A model generated the notes under the pieces. It was not told the DNA's origin and did not search any database. It saw only the letters and a list, made by a program, of their open reading frames with translations. Below are positions 15,548 to 25,178 of a DNA stretch of 49,804 bases, one piece after another; the stretch's first letter is position 1, and the number at the start of each line of letters is the position of its first letter. The stretch is from a virus. The stretch lies in the IMG/VR virus record IMGVR_UViG_3300009285_000012, one strand, 5' to 3'. A program made the translations under genes and the position numbers.

Positions 15548-15790
15548 ATGAGATCAGTTAAACTTCATCGTAAAATCATTAGCAACACAGAAGTCCACTA
15601 TCTTCCTGATCAACCTTGTCCCTTGAGCCCATGCTCCAAACACTATCAACGCCTAAAGGATTGGAGAATGCCTGATGTTTGTGAACATCTTTACTCTAAT
15701 CCTGATATTGGCAAGGATGGAGTAGAACTGATGTGGTTATGTGATCTTAATGATACTGATAATGGTGAGGACGGAAATTGTGGTGAGTGA
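15548..15790 (+). CDS. Cys-rich acidic protein (80 aa)
   Basis: Co-directional ORF. Confidence 0.45.
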   Translation: MRSVKLHRKIISNTEVHYLPDQPCPLSPCSKHYQRLKDWRMPDVCEHLYSNPDIGKDGVELMWLCDLNDTDNGEDGNCGE

Positions 15791-15797
15791 GGTTAAA

Positions 15798-15926
15798 ATG
15801 CTGAGTAGAGTCTCTACTCTTTTAATCACAGCAGGGATGATTGGGATAGGTTTGGCTTGGATACTAGGTCTATCCCTGATAAGAATTATTGAAAGGTTAA
15901 GGAATGGATTTAGAACTTTTAGATAA
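15798..15926 (+). CDS. small membrane protein (42 aa)
   Basis: ATG 15798 with GAGG SD. TM segment LLITAGMIGIGLAWILGLSLI. Overlaps the TerL start. Confidence 0.4.
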   Translation: MLSRVSTLLITAGMIGIGLAWILGLSLIRIIERLRNGFRTFR

Positions 15927-17460
15927 GGCAGCTCTGGATGATATCCTGGCGAATTGCATCTTAGATCTTAAGTATACATCTAAGGTAATATTTCCAGAGA
16001 TATTCTACGCCCCTTTCTCAATTCTCCATCAGCAGATTTTCGACCTGATCAATAGTGGACATAAGAAGATTGCTATAGCTGCTCCTCGTGGGATTGGCAA
16101 GACATCTATAGCCCGTACTGTTGTTATGAGAAGCATCTTATTTAGGCTTCAACGGTTCATTGTGTACCTCAGCAATTCTGCAACTAGTGCTGAGATGCAG
16201 ACTGAAAATGTGAAGCGTGACCTTATCTCTAACATGCAAGTACGCAAGTTGTTTGGCAACATTAAGAGTGCCATTAAAGGGGAGGATACTATAGATGAAT
16301 CCTTTTCGAAGAGCTGCTGGACTGCTTATGGTGAAACTTTTATTCTTCCTCGTGGTGCTGGTCAACAGGTTCGAGGACTCAACTGGAACAATCATCGTCC
16401 GGAACTGGTTATTATTGATGATCTTGAGGACAAGAATGAGATTAAGAGCGAGGATAATAGGAAAAAGTTGAAGGATTGGTTCTGGTCTGACTTGATGAAG
16501 ACTGAAGACCGGTACTCTACAGGCTGTATCTTCATCTACATAGACACCATTAAGCATGAAGATTCTCTCCTTATTGATTTGATGGAGTCGAAAGAGTGGG
16601 CAACCATTCAACTATCCATTTGTGACGATAATTATAAGTCATATGATACTAATTATATGACAGATGCTGAGATTATGCTGGAGGTTGAGGAGCATAGGCG
16701 CCTTGGCACCTTAGATGCATTCTACATGGAGAGAATGAACGTTCCTATTGCTAAGGAAGATGCAGTTTTTAAGCAAGAGTACTTTAGGTATTTTGAGGAT
16801 AGAGGAGATTCCATCCAACCAATTACTGTAAATGGAGAGAAAGATGGTCCAGCCATCAAGGCTTACAATCTTCTTCATGTAACCATAGTAGATCCTGCTA
16901 AGACTGTTAAGCTTCAGAGTGCTGACTCAGCCGTACTTACTCTAGCAGTAGATCGCACTAGTAAGAAGATCTTTGTTAGAGGCTGCGTAAGTGGAAAGTT
17001 CTATCCAGATCAGCTTTATGACGAAATGTTTGCTCAAGTTAAACAGTATAACTCTTTCATCTTGGGCTATGAGGTAACAGGCATCAATCAGTTCATCATC
17101 CAGCCTGTAGAGAATGAGTGTAGGGTTAGAGGAATGCATCCTATCTTGATGGAACTTCCTGCGAGAGGGAAGAAAGAGGATAGGGTAGCATCGTTATCCC
17201 CCTTATATAAACTTGGTTACATGTATCACAACAAGGCTAATTGTGCCAAGTTAGAGGGGCAATTGCTAGGATTTCCTCGCTCCAAATTGTGGGACTTGAT
17301 GGACGCTGAAGCTTACATCACCTATGTGATGGACAAGAATAGCGTGTACTTTGACCCAGTTGATGGGGATGGCCAAGAACCTGATCCAGACGAGGAGGAC
17401 TACTCCTCCCTTAGTGACGATCCTATGATGGGAGAGTCAGAGATGGGATTTATCTGTTAA
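15904..17460 (+). CDS. terL: terminase large subunit
   Basis: Walker A AAPRGIGKTS, Walker B ELVIIDDLED, 518 aa, directly upstream of the portal gene. Confidence 0.9.
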   Translation: MDLELLDKAALDDILANCILDLKYTSKVIFPEIFYAPFSILHQQIFDLINSGHKKIAIAAPRGIGKTSIARTVVMRSILFRLQRFIVYLSNSATSAEMQTENVKRDLISNMQVRKLFGNIKSAIKGEDTIDESFSKSCWTAYGETFILPRGAGQQVRGLNWNNHRPELVIIDDLEDKNEIKSEDNRKKLKDWFWSDLMKTEDRYSTGCIFIYIDTIKHEDSLLIDLMESKEWATIQLSICDDNYKSYDTNYMTDAEIMLEVEEHRRLGTLDAFYMERMNVPIAKEDAVFKQEYFRYFEDRGDSIQPITVNGEKDGPAIKAYNLLHVTIVDPAKTVKLQSADSAVLTLAVDRTSKKIFVRGCVSGKFYPDQLYDEMFAQVKQYNSFILGYEVTGINQFIIQPVENECRVRGMHPILMELPARGKKEDRVASLSPLYKLGYMYHNKANCAKLEGQLLGFPRSKLWDLMDAEAYITYVMDKNSVYFDPVDGDGQEPDPDEEDYSSLSDDPMMGESEMGFIC

Positions 17461-17464
17461 GAAT

Positions 17465-17491
17465 TTGCTTCGTTAATTAATGATACATAGG
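17465..17491. promoter_or_regulatory. Palindromic-motif copy between terL and portal
   Basis: TTGCTTCGTTAATTAATGATACATAGG. Its AGGA lies 7-8 nt before the portal ATG 17500. Confidence 0.8.
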
Positions 17492-17499
17492 AATATACA

Positions 17500-19473
17500 A
17501 TGCCAGCAATAATAAATGGAGATTCTTACGGATCTGGGCCTGATCTTCGTAATATGAGTTATGATTATCAGTATCCAGATGGGCTGGATTTGAAGCCTGG
17601 GTCTGAACTTCACGATAAGTTGAAGGATGCCATCCTGGAGCGTGCCAGAGTGAGTGCCATGACTATGAGCACTCGTCATAGTACGTGGAATAGTATTGAT
17701 CATACCCTGACAGCCTATATTGCTCCGGATGTGAAAGAAACTGCTGTGAAGGAGAAGGATGAGAGGAAGCCAATTAGTGTAGTTTTTCCCTACTCTTACA
17801 CCGTGTTAGAAACTCTCCTCTCTTACTTTGTTGCTGCATTCCTTCAGGACCCAATCTTCCGCTATGAGGGAGTAGGTCCGAATGATGTAATAGGGGCCAT
17901 CTTACTTGAAAAGATGATAGGACTTCAATGCATCAAAAGTAGAGTAGGCCTCAATCTTCACACCCAGGCCAGAGATTCTTTTGCTTATGGATTTGGAGTA
18001 GTTACTCCCACTTGGACTGTAGAGAAGGGGACTAAGACAGTAACGACTGAGAAGCCCCGATTTATGGGATTTGGTTCTAAGATTGAGACTTCTGTCCAAG
18101 ATGTTACAGTCTTTGAGGGGAATGCCCTGGAGAATGTGGACCCATATCTTTATTTGCCAGATGTCAACGTCCCCATTCATGATCCCCAGAAGGGAGAGTA
18201 TGTGGGATGGGTCTCCGTGGGCAATCTTATGGATATGCTTTCTCAGGAGCAAGGCGATCCTACCATGTTCAACGTGAAATATTTGAAGAGTTATAAGGGG
18301 AGAAAGACTTCAATCTTCACAAGTGACAATAGTGGCCGAGCTACGAAGAGTGGGATGTCTCCACGCCTAAATAGTACTGACTCAGTGACTAATGGTGTGG
18401 ACAAGATTAAGATGTTCATCAAACTCATCCCTAAGGATTGGAACTTAGGGTCCGGTGAATATCCTGAAATCTGGTACTTTGAACTTTGTGCTGATGAGGT
18501 CATCACTTGTGCTCGGCCAACTAAGTTGAGTCATAGAAAGTTTCCAGTAAGTGTCATTGCTCCTGATTATGATGGCTACTCAATGGCCCCTATCAGTAGA
18601 ATTGAGATCTTAAATGGGCTTCAGGGAGTCCTAGATTTCATGTTCAACTCTCATATAGCCAATGTTAGAAAGGCTATACATGATATGATTATCTATGATC
18701 CCTACCAAGTAAATTCTAACGATTTGAAGAATCCCTCCGCTGGTAAACTCATTCGTTTGAGAAGGCCAGCGTGGGGTAGGGGAGTTAAGGACGTAGCTCA
18801 GCAGCTCCTAGTCAGTGATGTCACTAGAGGGAATGTTGCTGACAGTACGTGGATTGTCCAGTGGATGGATCGAATCAGTGGGGCTGATGCCTCCATGCAG
18901 GGGTCGCTGCGGCAGGGAGGTCCTGAGCGCCTTACTTCTGCCGAATTCCAAGGGACCATGGGTGGAGGCATCAACCGTCTTGAGAGGATTGCCAAGGTGG
19001 TGGGGATGCAAGGGATGCAAGATATAGGAACATTCTTTGCTGCACATAATAAACAGATGATGACAGTCCCTGGCTATGTCAAAATGGCTGGGGACTGGGA
19101 AGATGTCTTGATTAAGGAATATGGTTACGGAGGACAGGGCCGTGGAAGAGTTGAAGTAACTCCTGATTTACTTGACATCAACTATGATGTAGTTGTAAGG
19201 GATGGCTCAGTACCTGGAGGGAATTATTCTTCAAGCTGGATAGAACTCTTCAAAACTGTCACCCAAGTGCCTGAGCTTGCTCAGAAGTTTGATGTAGTCA
19301 GGATCTTCTCCCACATTGCCCGCAATCTTGGCGCTAAGAACGTTAATGAGTTTGTGAGGAAAGGTGGAAATATTCAGGCCCAGAGTATGCCTAATGAGAT
19401 GGTAGATGCTCAGGTTCAACAGGGTAATCTGATTCCAGTAGAAGGTCAAGAGATTCCTGGAGGAGGTTACTAA
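17500..19473 (+). CDS. portal protein
   Basis: 657 aa, immediately after TerL and before the scaffold/capsid genes. Assigned by position and size. Confidence 0.7.
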   Translation: MPAIINGDSYGSGPDLRNMSYDYQYPDGLDLKPGSELHDKLKDAILERARVSAMTMSTRHSTWNSIDHTLTAYIAPDVKETAVKEKDERKPISVVFPYSYTVLETLLSYFVAAFLQDPIFRYEGVGPNDVIGAILLEKMIGLQCIKSRVGLNLHTQARDSFAYGFGVVTPTWTVEKGTKTVTTEKPRFMGFGSKIETSVQDVTVFEGNALENVDPYLYLPDVNVPIHDPQKGEYVGWVSVGNLMDMLSQEQGDPTMFNVKYLKSYKGRKTSIFTSDNSGRATKSGMSPRLNSTDSVTNGVDKIKMFIKLIPKDWNLGSGEYPEIWYFELCADEVITCARPTKLSHRKFPVSVIAPDYDGYSMAPISRIEILNGLQGVLDFMFNSHIANVRKAIHDMIIYDPYQVNSNDLKNPSAGKLIRLRRPAWGRGVKDVAQQLLVSDVTRGNVADSTWIVQWMDRISGADASMQGSLRQGGPERLTSAEFQGTMGGGINRLERIAKVVGMQGMQDIGTFFAAHNKQMMTVPGYVKMAGDWEDVLIKEYGYGGQGRGRVEVTPDLLDINYDVVVRDGSVPGGNYSSSWIELFKTVTQVPELAQKFDVVRIFSHIARNLGAKNVNEFVRKGGNIQAQSMPNEMVDAQVQQGNLIPVEGQEIPGGGY

Positions 19474-19808
19474 TGCAAATACATAATGAAGAAAAACTTG
19501 AGAAAATTCTCTCTCCAAAGAGGGACTATGTACCAGTAAGTTCAGCTGGAGTACTTGAAGGATTTCTCAGTACTACCATCTATACAGACTTCCTTGCTGA
19601 GATTGACTTAAGAATAGAGGACATGAGAGACTTTTACGAAACATGTCCAAAAGATAAGTATTTGGAAACAAGAGGGGCCTTAGCAGCGCTTAGATTAGTG
19701 AGTGGAATCTTCACAGATCTTCACCATAATGCAGTTGAGGCTATAGATAACAAAGAATTGGAGAAAGAAAATGGCGGACGAAGCTCAGACAACATTAACG
19801 AATTCTGA
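19473..19808 (+). CDS. hypothetical head-module protein (111 aa)
   Basis: ATG overlaps the portal stop (TAATG). Confidence 0.5.
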   Translation: MQIHNEEKLEKILSPKRDYVPVSSAGVLEGFLSTTIYTDFLAEIDLRIEDMRDFYETCPKDKYLETRGALAALRLVSGIFTDLHHNAVEAIDNKELEKENGGRSSDNINEF

Positions 19809-20625
19809 TCTTACCCCCTCAGGGGTTAGCGTGGGGGACTCTTCCAGCGAAGTTGGAGGGAGTTTAGAGAGTCAGATTACAGAAATACTTGATGAGACTC
19901 CTGGTGAGCCTGAAGTAGAGATTCAGGATGATCCTATTGTGCCCGTGGCACCAGTAGAGACTACTGCCCCAGCAGTAGAGTCTGTAGTTATCCCTCCTGT
20001 GGAACCTACAGTTTCTACAGTGGTGGAGCCTCCTAGTGAAATAGATGCCTTGAAGGCTCAAGTAGCTTCTATGACAACTCTTATTAATCAGTTGTCTAGT
20101 GGCCAGCCTACTACACCTGCTCCAGTTGCTACTCCGGTTGTGGTGGAACCTCCAGCTCTTGGGATCAAAGAGCTCATGGAGGCAGTGGACTTTGATCAAG
20201 TCATGGAGTCTAAGGAAGCCTTCGTCAACTTTATGACTTCTGTCCTTGAGGCAGTAAGTAAAAATACTCTTGGGCGAGTAAATGAGGTGGTGCCCGAAGT
20301 AATTACTCGCCAGAGTGCTATGGAAAAAGTTAGGACTGAGTTTTACTCAGCCTATCCCGAACTTGAAGTAGTACAACCCTATGTTGCCCAGGTGGCTAAT
20401 GGGATTGGAGCTGCAAATCCGACATGGACAGTTCCACAGGTTTTAGCGGAGGCTGCTAAAGTAGCAAAAGCAGCACTAAACATTCCAGATAGAGTTGTAA
20501 CTACACCAGCTGCCTCAACTTCCACAGGTGCTCCGATCCTGCCAGGAGGTTCAACAGCCGTAAGAAAGCCTGCTCCTAAGGGGAGTAAGCTACAAGCCGA
20601 CATTGATGAATTATTAAGTGACTGA
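19771..20625 (+). CDS. scaffolding-like protein
   Basis: Acidic, Pro/Val/Thr/Ala-rich and low-complexity, 284 aa, between portal and capsid. Confidence 0.5.
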   Translation: MADEAQTTLTNSDLTPSGVSVGDSSSEVGGSLESQITEILDETPGEPEVEIQDDPIVPVAPVETTAPAVESVVIPPVEPTVSTVVEPPSEIDALKAQVASMTTLINQLSSGQPTTPAPVATPVVVEPPALGIKELMEAVDFDQVMESKEAFVNFMTSVLEAVSKNTLGRVNEVVPEVITRQSAMEKVRTEFYSAYPELEVVQPYVAQVANGIGAANPTWTVPQVLAEAAKVAKAALNIPDRVVTTPAASTSTGAPILPGGSTAVRKPAPKGSKLQADIDELLSD

Positions 20626-20635
20626 GGAGGTTACT

Positions 20636-21415
20636 ATGAGTGGTGAAGGAAGGTTTATAGATGGTTTGGCAGTAGGTAATGTCGTTATTGACGGGTCTGT
20701 AATCTCCGGCAATAAGGACAAGTATTGTTTGGAGAAATTTAATACTCAGCCTATCTGTCAAGTGGTTAATGCTACTACAGCTAATCCCAGTGGAACGGCA
20801 GATACAGCAAATGTAGCATTATTTGAGAAGAATATGTTTGAGTATGTGGCCAAAGGTACTCAGACCATCATAGGCATTGGGGCTCTTGCCTCGACCGGAT
20901 GCTCTGTGGCTGGCGATCAGACTGATAATGATGGTAGGGAGATTGCTTTTGCTGGTGGGATTACATCCAGAGCTCCCCGTGCCTTCGTAGTTGGGTATAA
21001 TGCTTTCTGGGCAAGGCTCAAGTTCTCTATTGCTACGGTCGCAGGAACTGATGACTGTGCTTTCGGATTCCGTAAGGCTGAGGCTTATCAAGGTGCCATA
21101 GATGACTATGATGAAATGGCAGTGTTGAATGTGATCTCAGGGGATATCAAGATTGAGACTATTCTCAACAATGCTGCTACTGTTACTACGGACACAACTC
21201 AGAATTGGGCTGATGCCGCAACTCATACCCTCTATGTCAGGGTGAGTGCTGCTGGAGCTGTAACGTATAAGATTGACGATGCTCCTCCGACCACTACTGC
21301 AGCATTCTCCTTTGACTCTGGAGAAGTAGTCATTCCATTTATGTTCTTCCTCCAGGCCAACGCATCTCAAACTGGGGCTATGGTTCTTCAAGAATTCGAA
21401 TGCTCTTACGAGTAA
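20636..21415 (+). CDS. virion-module protein, jelly-roll/decoration candidate (259 aa)
   Basis: ATG 20636 with GAGGAGG SD. Position in the head module. Confidence 0.45.
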   Translation: MSGEGRFIDGLAVGNVVIDGSVISGNKDKYCLEKFNTQPICQVVNATTANPSGTADTANVALFEKNMFEYVAKGTQTIIGIGALASTGCSVAGDQTDNDGREIAFAGGITSRAPRAFVVGYNAFWARLKFSIATVAGTDDCAFGFRKAEAYQGAIDDYDEMAVLNVISGDIKIETILNNAATVTTDTTQNWADAATHTLYVRVSAAGAVTYKIDDAPPTTTAAFSFDSGEVVIPFMFFLQANASQTGAMVLQEFECSYE

Positions 21416-21429
21416 TAGGGGGGTAGGAT

Positions 21430-22503
21430 ATGAGTTGGTTCGGAAAACTTATCTCCCGTGGACTTGAGTTCTTGGGAGATGATTTGAAACTTACTAAGGG
21501 GTATCTCCAGATTGTTGGTCGTAGTGTGACCATCAATTCTGTAGCAGTTACTCCATTGATTAAAGATAGTGCTGGTGACATCCTCCTGTGCACTGGACTC
21601 ACTAAGCCTACGGATGCCAGTGATGGATTTGCCAAAGGATGTATCTTCATTGATACTGACGTGGTTACTGGCACCAAATCGGTGTATGAGAATACTGGCA
21701 CCAAGGATAGTTGTGTATTTGACTTGATGGGTGCAGTAGCGGCTTCGGAGATCACACTGGCCTATGGGAGTGTTCTCGTAGGTAATGCCTCTGGTGTAGC
21801 TGTAGCACTTGATGGTAAGGGTGATACTAAGGTACTGGTTGGAAATGGCACTACAATGACCAGTGTAGCTATGAGTCAGGATCTTACCATGACTAATGCA
21901 GGTGTAGTCTCCATTGCCAAGATTAATAATCTGGCAACAGCTGCAGAGGTTAATCTAACCTGTGATGGCAACACTGCTACAGCTGCTGAGATTACTGCTG
22001 GATGTGATCTTTCTGTTCAAGATTCTATGACTCCTGGAGTTGGATTTGCAGGAACTGGTACTGTGTTTGAGTCTTCTGTTGTTCAACACGGTGGGATTAT
22101 CAAGACTGAGATTCTCATTGACTTGACCGGTACTGCATCGTCTACTACTGATCTTGACATCATTGGGACTTCAGGCGTGTCTCATATTGGCCAAATCACT
22201 GCGGCTAAGAACGGAACTCTAATGTATGGGCAAGTCACTTGTCTGGAGACTCCTGCAACTGGTGTCACTGATATTGATCTCTATAGTGCTACTGAGGGAA
22301 CTGGAGCATTTGATGGTGCAGTTGGAGATTTGACAGAAACTGCCCTCTTAACCAAGGGCGGAGCATGGAGTGGTGCAGTTACTCCTACCATTCTTACAGC
22401 CCTTCCTGCTGCAAATGAGTATCTTTATCTTACCAGTGGAGCCGCGGGCACTGCCCAGACTTACACTGGGGGTAGATTCTTGATCGAATTCTGGGGCGTC
22501 TAA
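21430..22503 (+). CDS. virion-module protein (357 aa), Gly/Thr/Ala-rich
   Basis: Position between the scaffold and major capsid genes. Confidence 0.45.
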   Translation: MSWFGKLISRGLEFLGDDLKLTKGYLQIVGRSVTINSVAVTPLIKDSAGDILLCTGLTKPTDASDGFAKGCIFIDTDVVTGTKSVYENTGTKDSCVFDLMGAVAASEITLAYGSVLVGNASGVAVALDGKGDTKVLVGNGTTMTSVAMSQDLTMTNAGVVSIAKINNLATAAEVNLTCDGNTATAAEITAGCDLSVQDSMTPGVGFAGTGTVFESSVVQHGGIIKTEILIDLTGTASSTTDLDIIGTSGVSHIGQITAAKNGTLMYGQVTCLETPATGVTDIDLYSATEGTGAFDGAVGDLTETALLTKGGAWSGAVTPTILTALPAANEYLYLTSGAAGTAQTYTGGRFLIEFWGV

Positions 22504-22543
22504 TCGCTCTGACTAATTGAACTAATTTTTTGAGAGGTATGTT

Positions 22544-23845
22544 ATGGCTTTTTTAGGAATGAGAGGTACTGGTGATTGGGCAACGGATCAGCGTCCGAAA
22601 AGTTGGCGTGAAGTTATTCTTCATCGTTATCCGAATGGAATGGCCCCGCTTACGGCAATCTTGAGTAAGATGGGTAGTGAAGCAGTTACAGATCCTGAGT
22701 TTAACTGGTGGACTAAGTCTCTGCCGACGCAGAGTGCTGCTGTTACTGGAGTTTATACTGACACGGGGTTGAGTGTGGCCTATGTTTCCGGAGCGGCCCA
22801 GTACACTGTGTTGTATATTAAGATGGCTGCGGCCAGCATTGTCAACTTCAGAGCTGGGCATCAAGTCTTGCTGCGTGACGCTAGTGATCTGAGCGTTGAT
22901 GTTGTGGCTAAGGTTGACTCTATTACTGTGAATGGGGCCAGTTCCTATTTGACAGTGACTCTGCTCGAAGCGGATAATAATTCCACTGCAGGCGATCTGA
23001 GTGATTGTGATACCGTCCTGATTGTAGGTAACATCAATCCTGAAGGCGCTGCTATGCCGGATGCGATTGCATATGATCCGACTAAGTGGTACAACTATAC
23101 TCAGATCTTCAGAACTCCTCTGGAGATGACTCGTACGGCGATGAAGACTAAGCTCCGTACTGGGGATCAGTACAAGGAAGCTAAGCGTGAGTGTCTTGAA
23201 CTTCACTCGATCGAGATGGAGAAAGCCTTCCTGTTCGGAGTACCCTCTGAGCGTACTGGGGCTAATGGTAAACTTGAGCGGACCACTCTGGGCCTGATTC
23301 CTGCTATCCGCGGCGGATATAACGGTGTAACTACTGCAGGATTGGTGAAGAATTATCAGGTTGATACTGATTTCTCAGGAGATACCTGGCTTGCATCTGG
23401 TGAAGAGTGGCTGGATACCCAGCTTGAGCAAATCTTCCGTTACGGGGCCAAGGACAAGTTGTGTCTGGCTGGTTCAGGAGCACTTCTGGGCATCAACAAG
23501 TTGATCAAAGCTGGAGGGAATTTTGACTACTCTCCACAGACTGTTGACTATGGTATCAAAGTGACCAGATGGGTTACTGCATTTGGAGTCATTAACATTA
23601 TGACTCATCCTCTTTTCTCCTTTGAGGCGACCACCAGGAATTCTATGGTTATCTTTGAGCCCAAGGACTTGAAGTATCGTTACATTGATGATACCTTCTA
23701 TAAGGAAGATCCTAACTTGAAGAAAGGTGGGTGGACTTCCAGAGACGGTATCAAGGAAGAGTTCCTCACCGAGTGCGGCCTTGAGTATTATCATCCTGAT
23801 GGATGGGGCTATCTCTACGGCGTAGGTCTCAACAATACTCTGTAA
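22544..23845 (+). CDS. major capsid protein
   Basis: 433 aa in the head module. The N-terminus (RGTGDWATDQRPKSWREVIL...PNGMAPLTAIL...DPEFNWW) matches my recollection of HK97-fold podophage MCPs. Followed by a strong hairpin. Confidence 0.65.
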   Translation: MAFLGMRGTGDWATDQRPKSWREVILHRYPNGMAPLTAILSKMGSEAVTDPEFNWWTKSLPTQSAAVTGVYTDTGLSVAYVSGAAQYTVLYIKMAAASIVNFRAGHQVLLRDASDLSVDVVAKVDSITVNGASSYLTVTLLEADNNSTAGDLSDCDTVLIVGNINPEGAAMPDAIAYDPTKWYNYTQIFRTPLEMTRTAMKTKLRTGDQYKEAKRECLELHSIEMEKAFLFGVPSERTGANGKLERTTLGLIPAIRGGYNGVTTAGLVKNYQVDTDFSGDTWLASGEEWLDTQLEQIFRYGAKDKLCLAGSGALLGINKLIKAGGNFDYSPQTVDYGIKVTRWVTAFGVINIMTHPLFSFEATTRNSMVIFEPKDLKYRYIDDTFYKEDPNLKKGGWTSRDGIKEEFLTECGLEYYHPDGWGYLYGVGLNNTL

Positions 23846-23871
23846 TAGGCAGAGTGTGAGAGTTGGACAGT

Positions 23872-23891
23872 GGAAGGGCTTCGGTCCTTCC
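23872..23891 (+). terminator. Stable cUUCGg-tetraloop hairpin after the capsid gene (terminator/attenuator candidate)
   Basis: GGAAGGGC-TTCG-GTCCTTCC (8 bp including one G.U). No clear U-tract. It abuts motif copy 23893. Confidence 0.4.
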
Positions 23892-23892
23892 A

Positions 23893-23919
23893 TTGCTATG
23901 TATCATTTATTAACATAGG
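23893..23919. promoter_or_regulatory. Palindromic-motif copy
   Basis: TTGCTATGTATCATTTATTAACATAGG. 9 nt upstream of ATG 23929. Confidence 0.85.
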
Positions 23920-23928
23920 AACACAGTT

Positions 23929-24063
23929 ATGGCTAAACATATGATGCCTGGGGCTCATAAGATGATGGACGAAATGATAAAGGAGAAACCTTCTAAGAAA
24001 AAGATGCTGAAGAAGGGAAAGATGGAATCTACTAAGATGCCCAAAAAACGAATGAAGAAGTAA
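23929..24063 (+). CDS. Lys/Met-rich micro-protein (44 aa), not in the ORF track
   Basis: My translation is MAKHMMPGAHKMMDEMIKEKPSKKKMLKKGKMESTKMPKKRMKK (15 Lys, 10 Met). AGGA lies 8 nt upstream. Its TAA overlaps the AAGGAG SD of 24073. Confidence 0.45.
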   Translation: MAKHMMPGAHKMMDEMIKEKPSKKKMLKKGKMESTKMPKKRMKK

Positions 24064-24072
24064 GGAGATGCC

Positions 24073-24798
24073 ATGAGTACTCTGCTCGAGATTAGAACAC
24101 AATTCGCCAAACTCTCTGGAAGGTATGATCTGGTGACAGGAGCATTTGCAGATGCAGGTGCAGACTATTATCTCAAGGCAGGAATTAAGTTTCTTGATCG
24201 AAGAGTAGAGTTTCAGAAGGATGTAGCTAAGTTCTTCAAAACCTGTGCTATTGGGACTTTCTTTGTAGAGTTTAGCAGTTGGAGAACTACTGATAGGGTC
24301 TGGTTTGCAAATGCAGTTGATGGGAGATGGGAGTTGGAGTACATGACTCCTGGGGATTTTCAGTTAGAATTTGGTACTGAACCCTACACAGATGTGGATG
24401 ATGGTACTCCCTCCTACTTCACCTATGCCATTACACGTAGTGTCCCTGAAGGAACAGCTCTCAGTGTAATTGGCAACTATGGGAGTGAAATCTTAGTGGA
24501 TGGAACTCAGACTGGGAAGCAAGGTCTCCTGATTATGAATCCCACTGATACGGCGGGAATGATAGAAGTATGGGGCAAATATGAAACTCCGTGGCCTAGT
24601 GCAGATAATAAAGATAACTATTGGTTTAATGCTTTCCCTCACATTGCAGTTAATGCTGCTCTATACCAGTTGGAAGTAAGTTATAGAAATACTGAAGGCC
24701 AGAAAGACTGGCTGAATGCCATAGATATGGAACTCAAAGGTATTGATATGGATACTGTTGAGAATGATTCTAATCGGGCAGAGGAGATGGAAGGATGA
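24073..24798 (+). CDS. head-tail adaptor / tail tubular-like protein (241 aa)
   Basis: Assigned by position after the capsid gene only. Confidence 0.4.
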   Translation: MSTLLEIRTQFAKLSGRYDLVTGAFADAGADYYLKAGIKFLDRRVEFQKDVAKFFKTCAIGTFFVEFSSWRTTDRVWFANAVDGRWELEYMTPGDFQLEFGTEPYTDVDDGTPSYFTYAITRSVPEGTALSVIGNYGSEILVDGTQTGKQGLLIMNPTDTAGMIEVWGKYETPWPSADNKDNYWFNAFPHIAVNAALYQLEVSYRNTEGQKDWLNAIDMELKGIDMDTVENDSNRAEEMEG

Positions 24799-25178
24799 AA
24801 ACATTTGTGACACAGGAGATGCTTAGTATGTGGGGGCAGAATCCTACCGTAGTGCTAGAGGATTTGGCCCAGGCAGTCTTTCAAGCAGCAGTCCAGGAGG
24901 CACTGAAGATGCTTCCACTAATCAATGAAAACATTATCAAGCAAGCCACTGTCTTGCATGAGTCAAGTAATAAATTCTATAAGAATAATCCTGACCTCAT
25001 TGCACATAAGCCCTTTGTGGCTAAGATGATTGAGACCTTTGAGGGGCAGAATCCAGGTAGACCTATTGATGAGATCCTAGACCTGGCAGCCAAAGAGGCT
25101 AGAAAGAATCTTAAGTTGCAACCTGCTAAAACTAAAAAGAGATTGGATGATTTAGATGGGATTGTTGGAGGATTGTAA
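24795..25178 (+). CDS. hypothetical virion-module protein (127 aa)
   Basis: ATGA coupling to the upstream gene. Confidence 0.5.
   Translation: MKTFVTQEMLSMWGQNPTVVLEDLAQAVFQAAVQEALKMLPLINENIIKQATVLHESSNKFYKNNPDLIAHKPFVAKMIETFEGQNPGRPIDEILDLAAKEARKNLKLQPAKTKKRLDDLDGIVGGL

Noticed and set aside
23896-24102. 68-aa minus-strand ORF between the capsid and adaptor genes
   Set aside because: It is antisense to the whole rightward arm and has no SD. The same interval holds a plus-strand micro-ORF with an SD and translational coupling.
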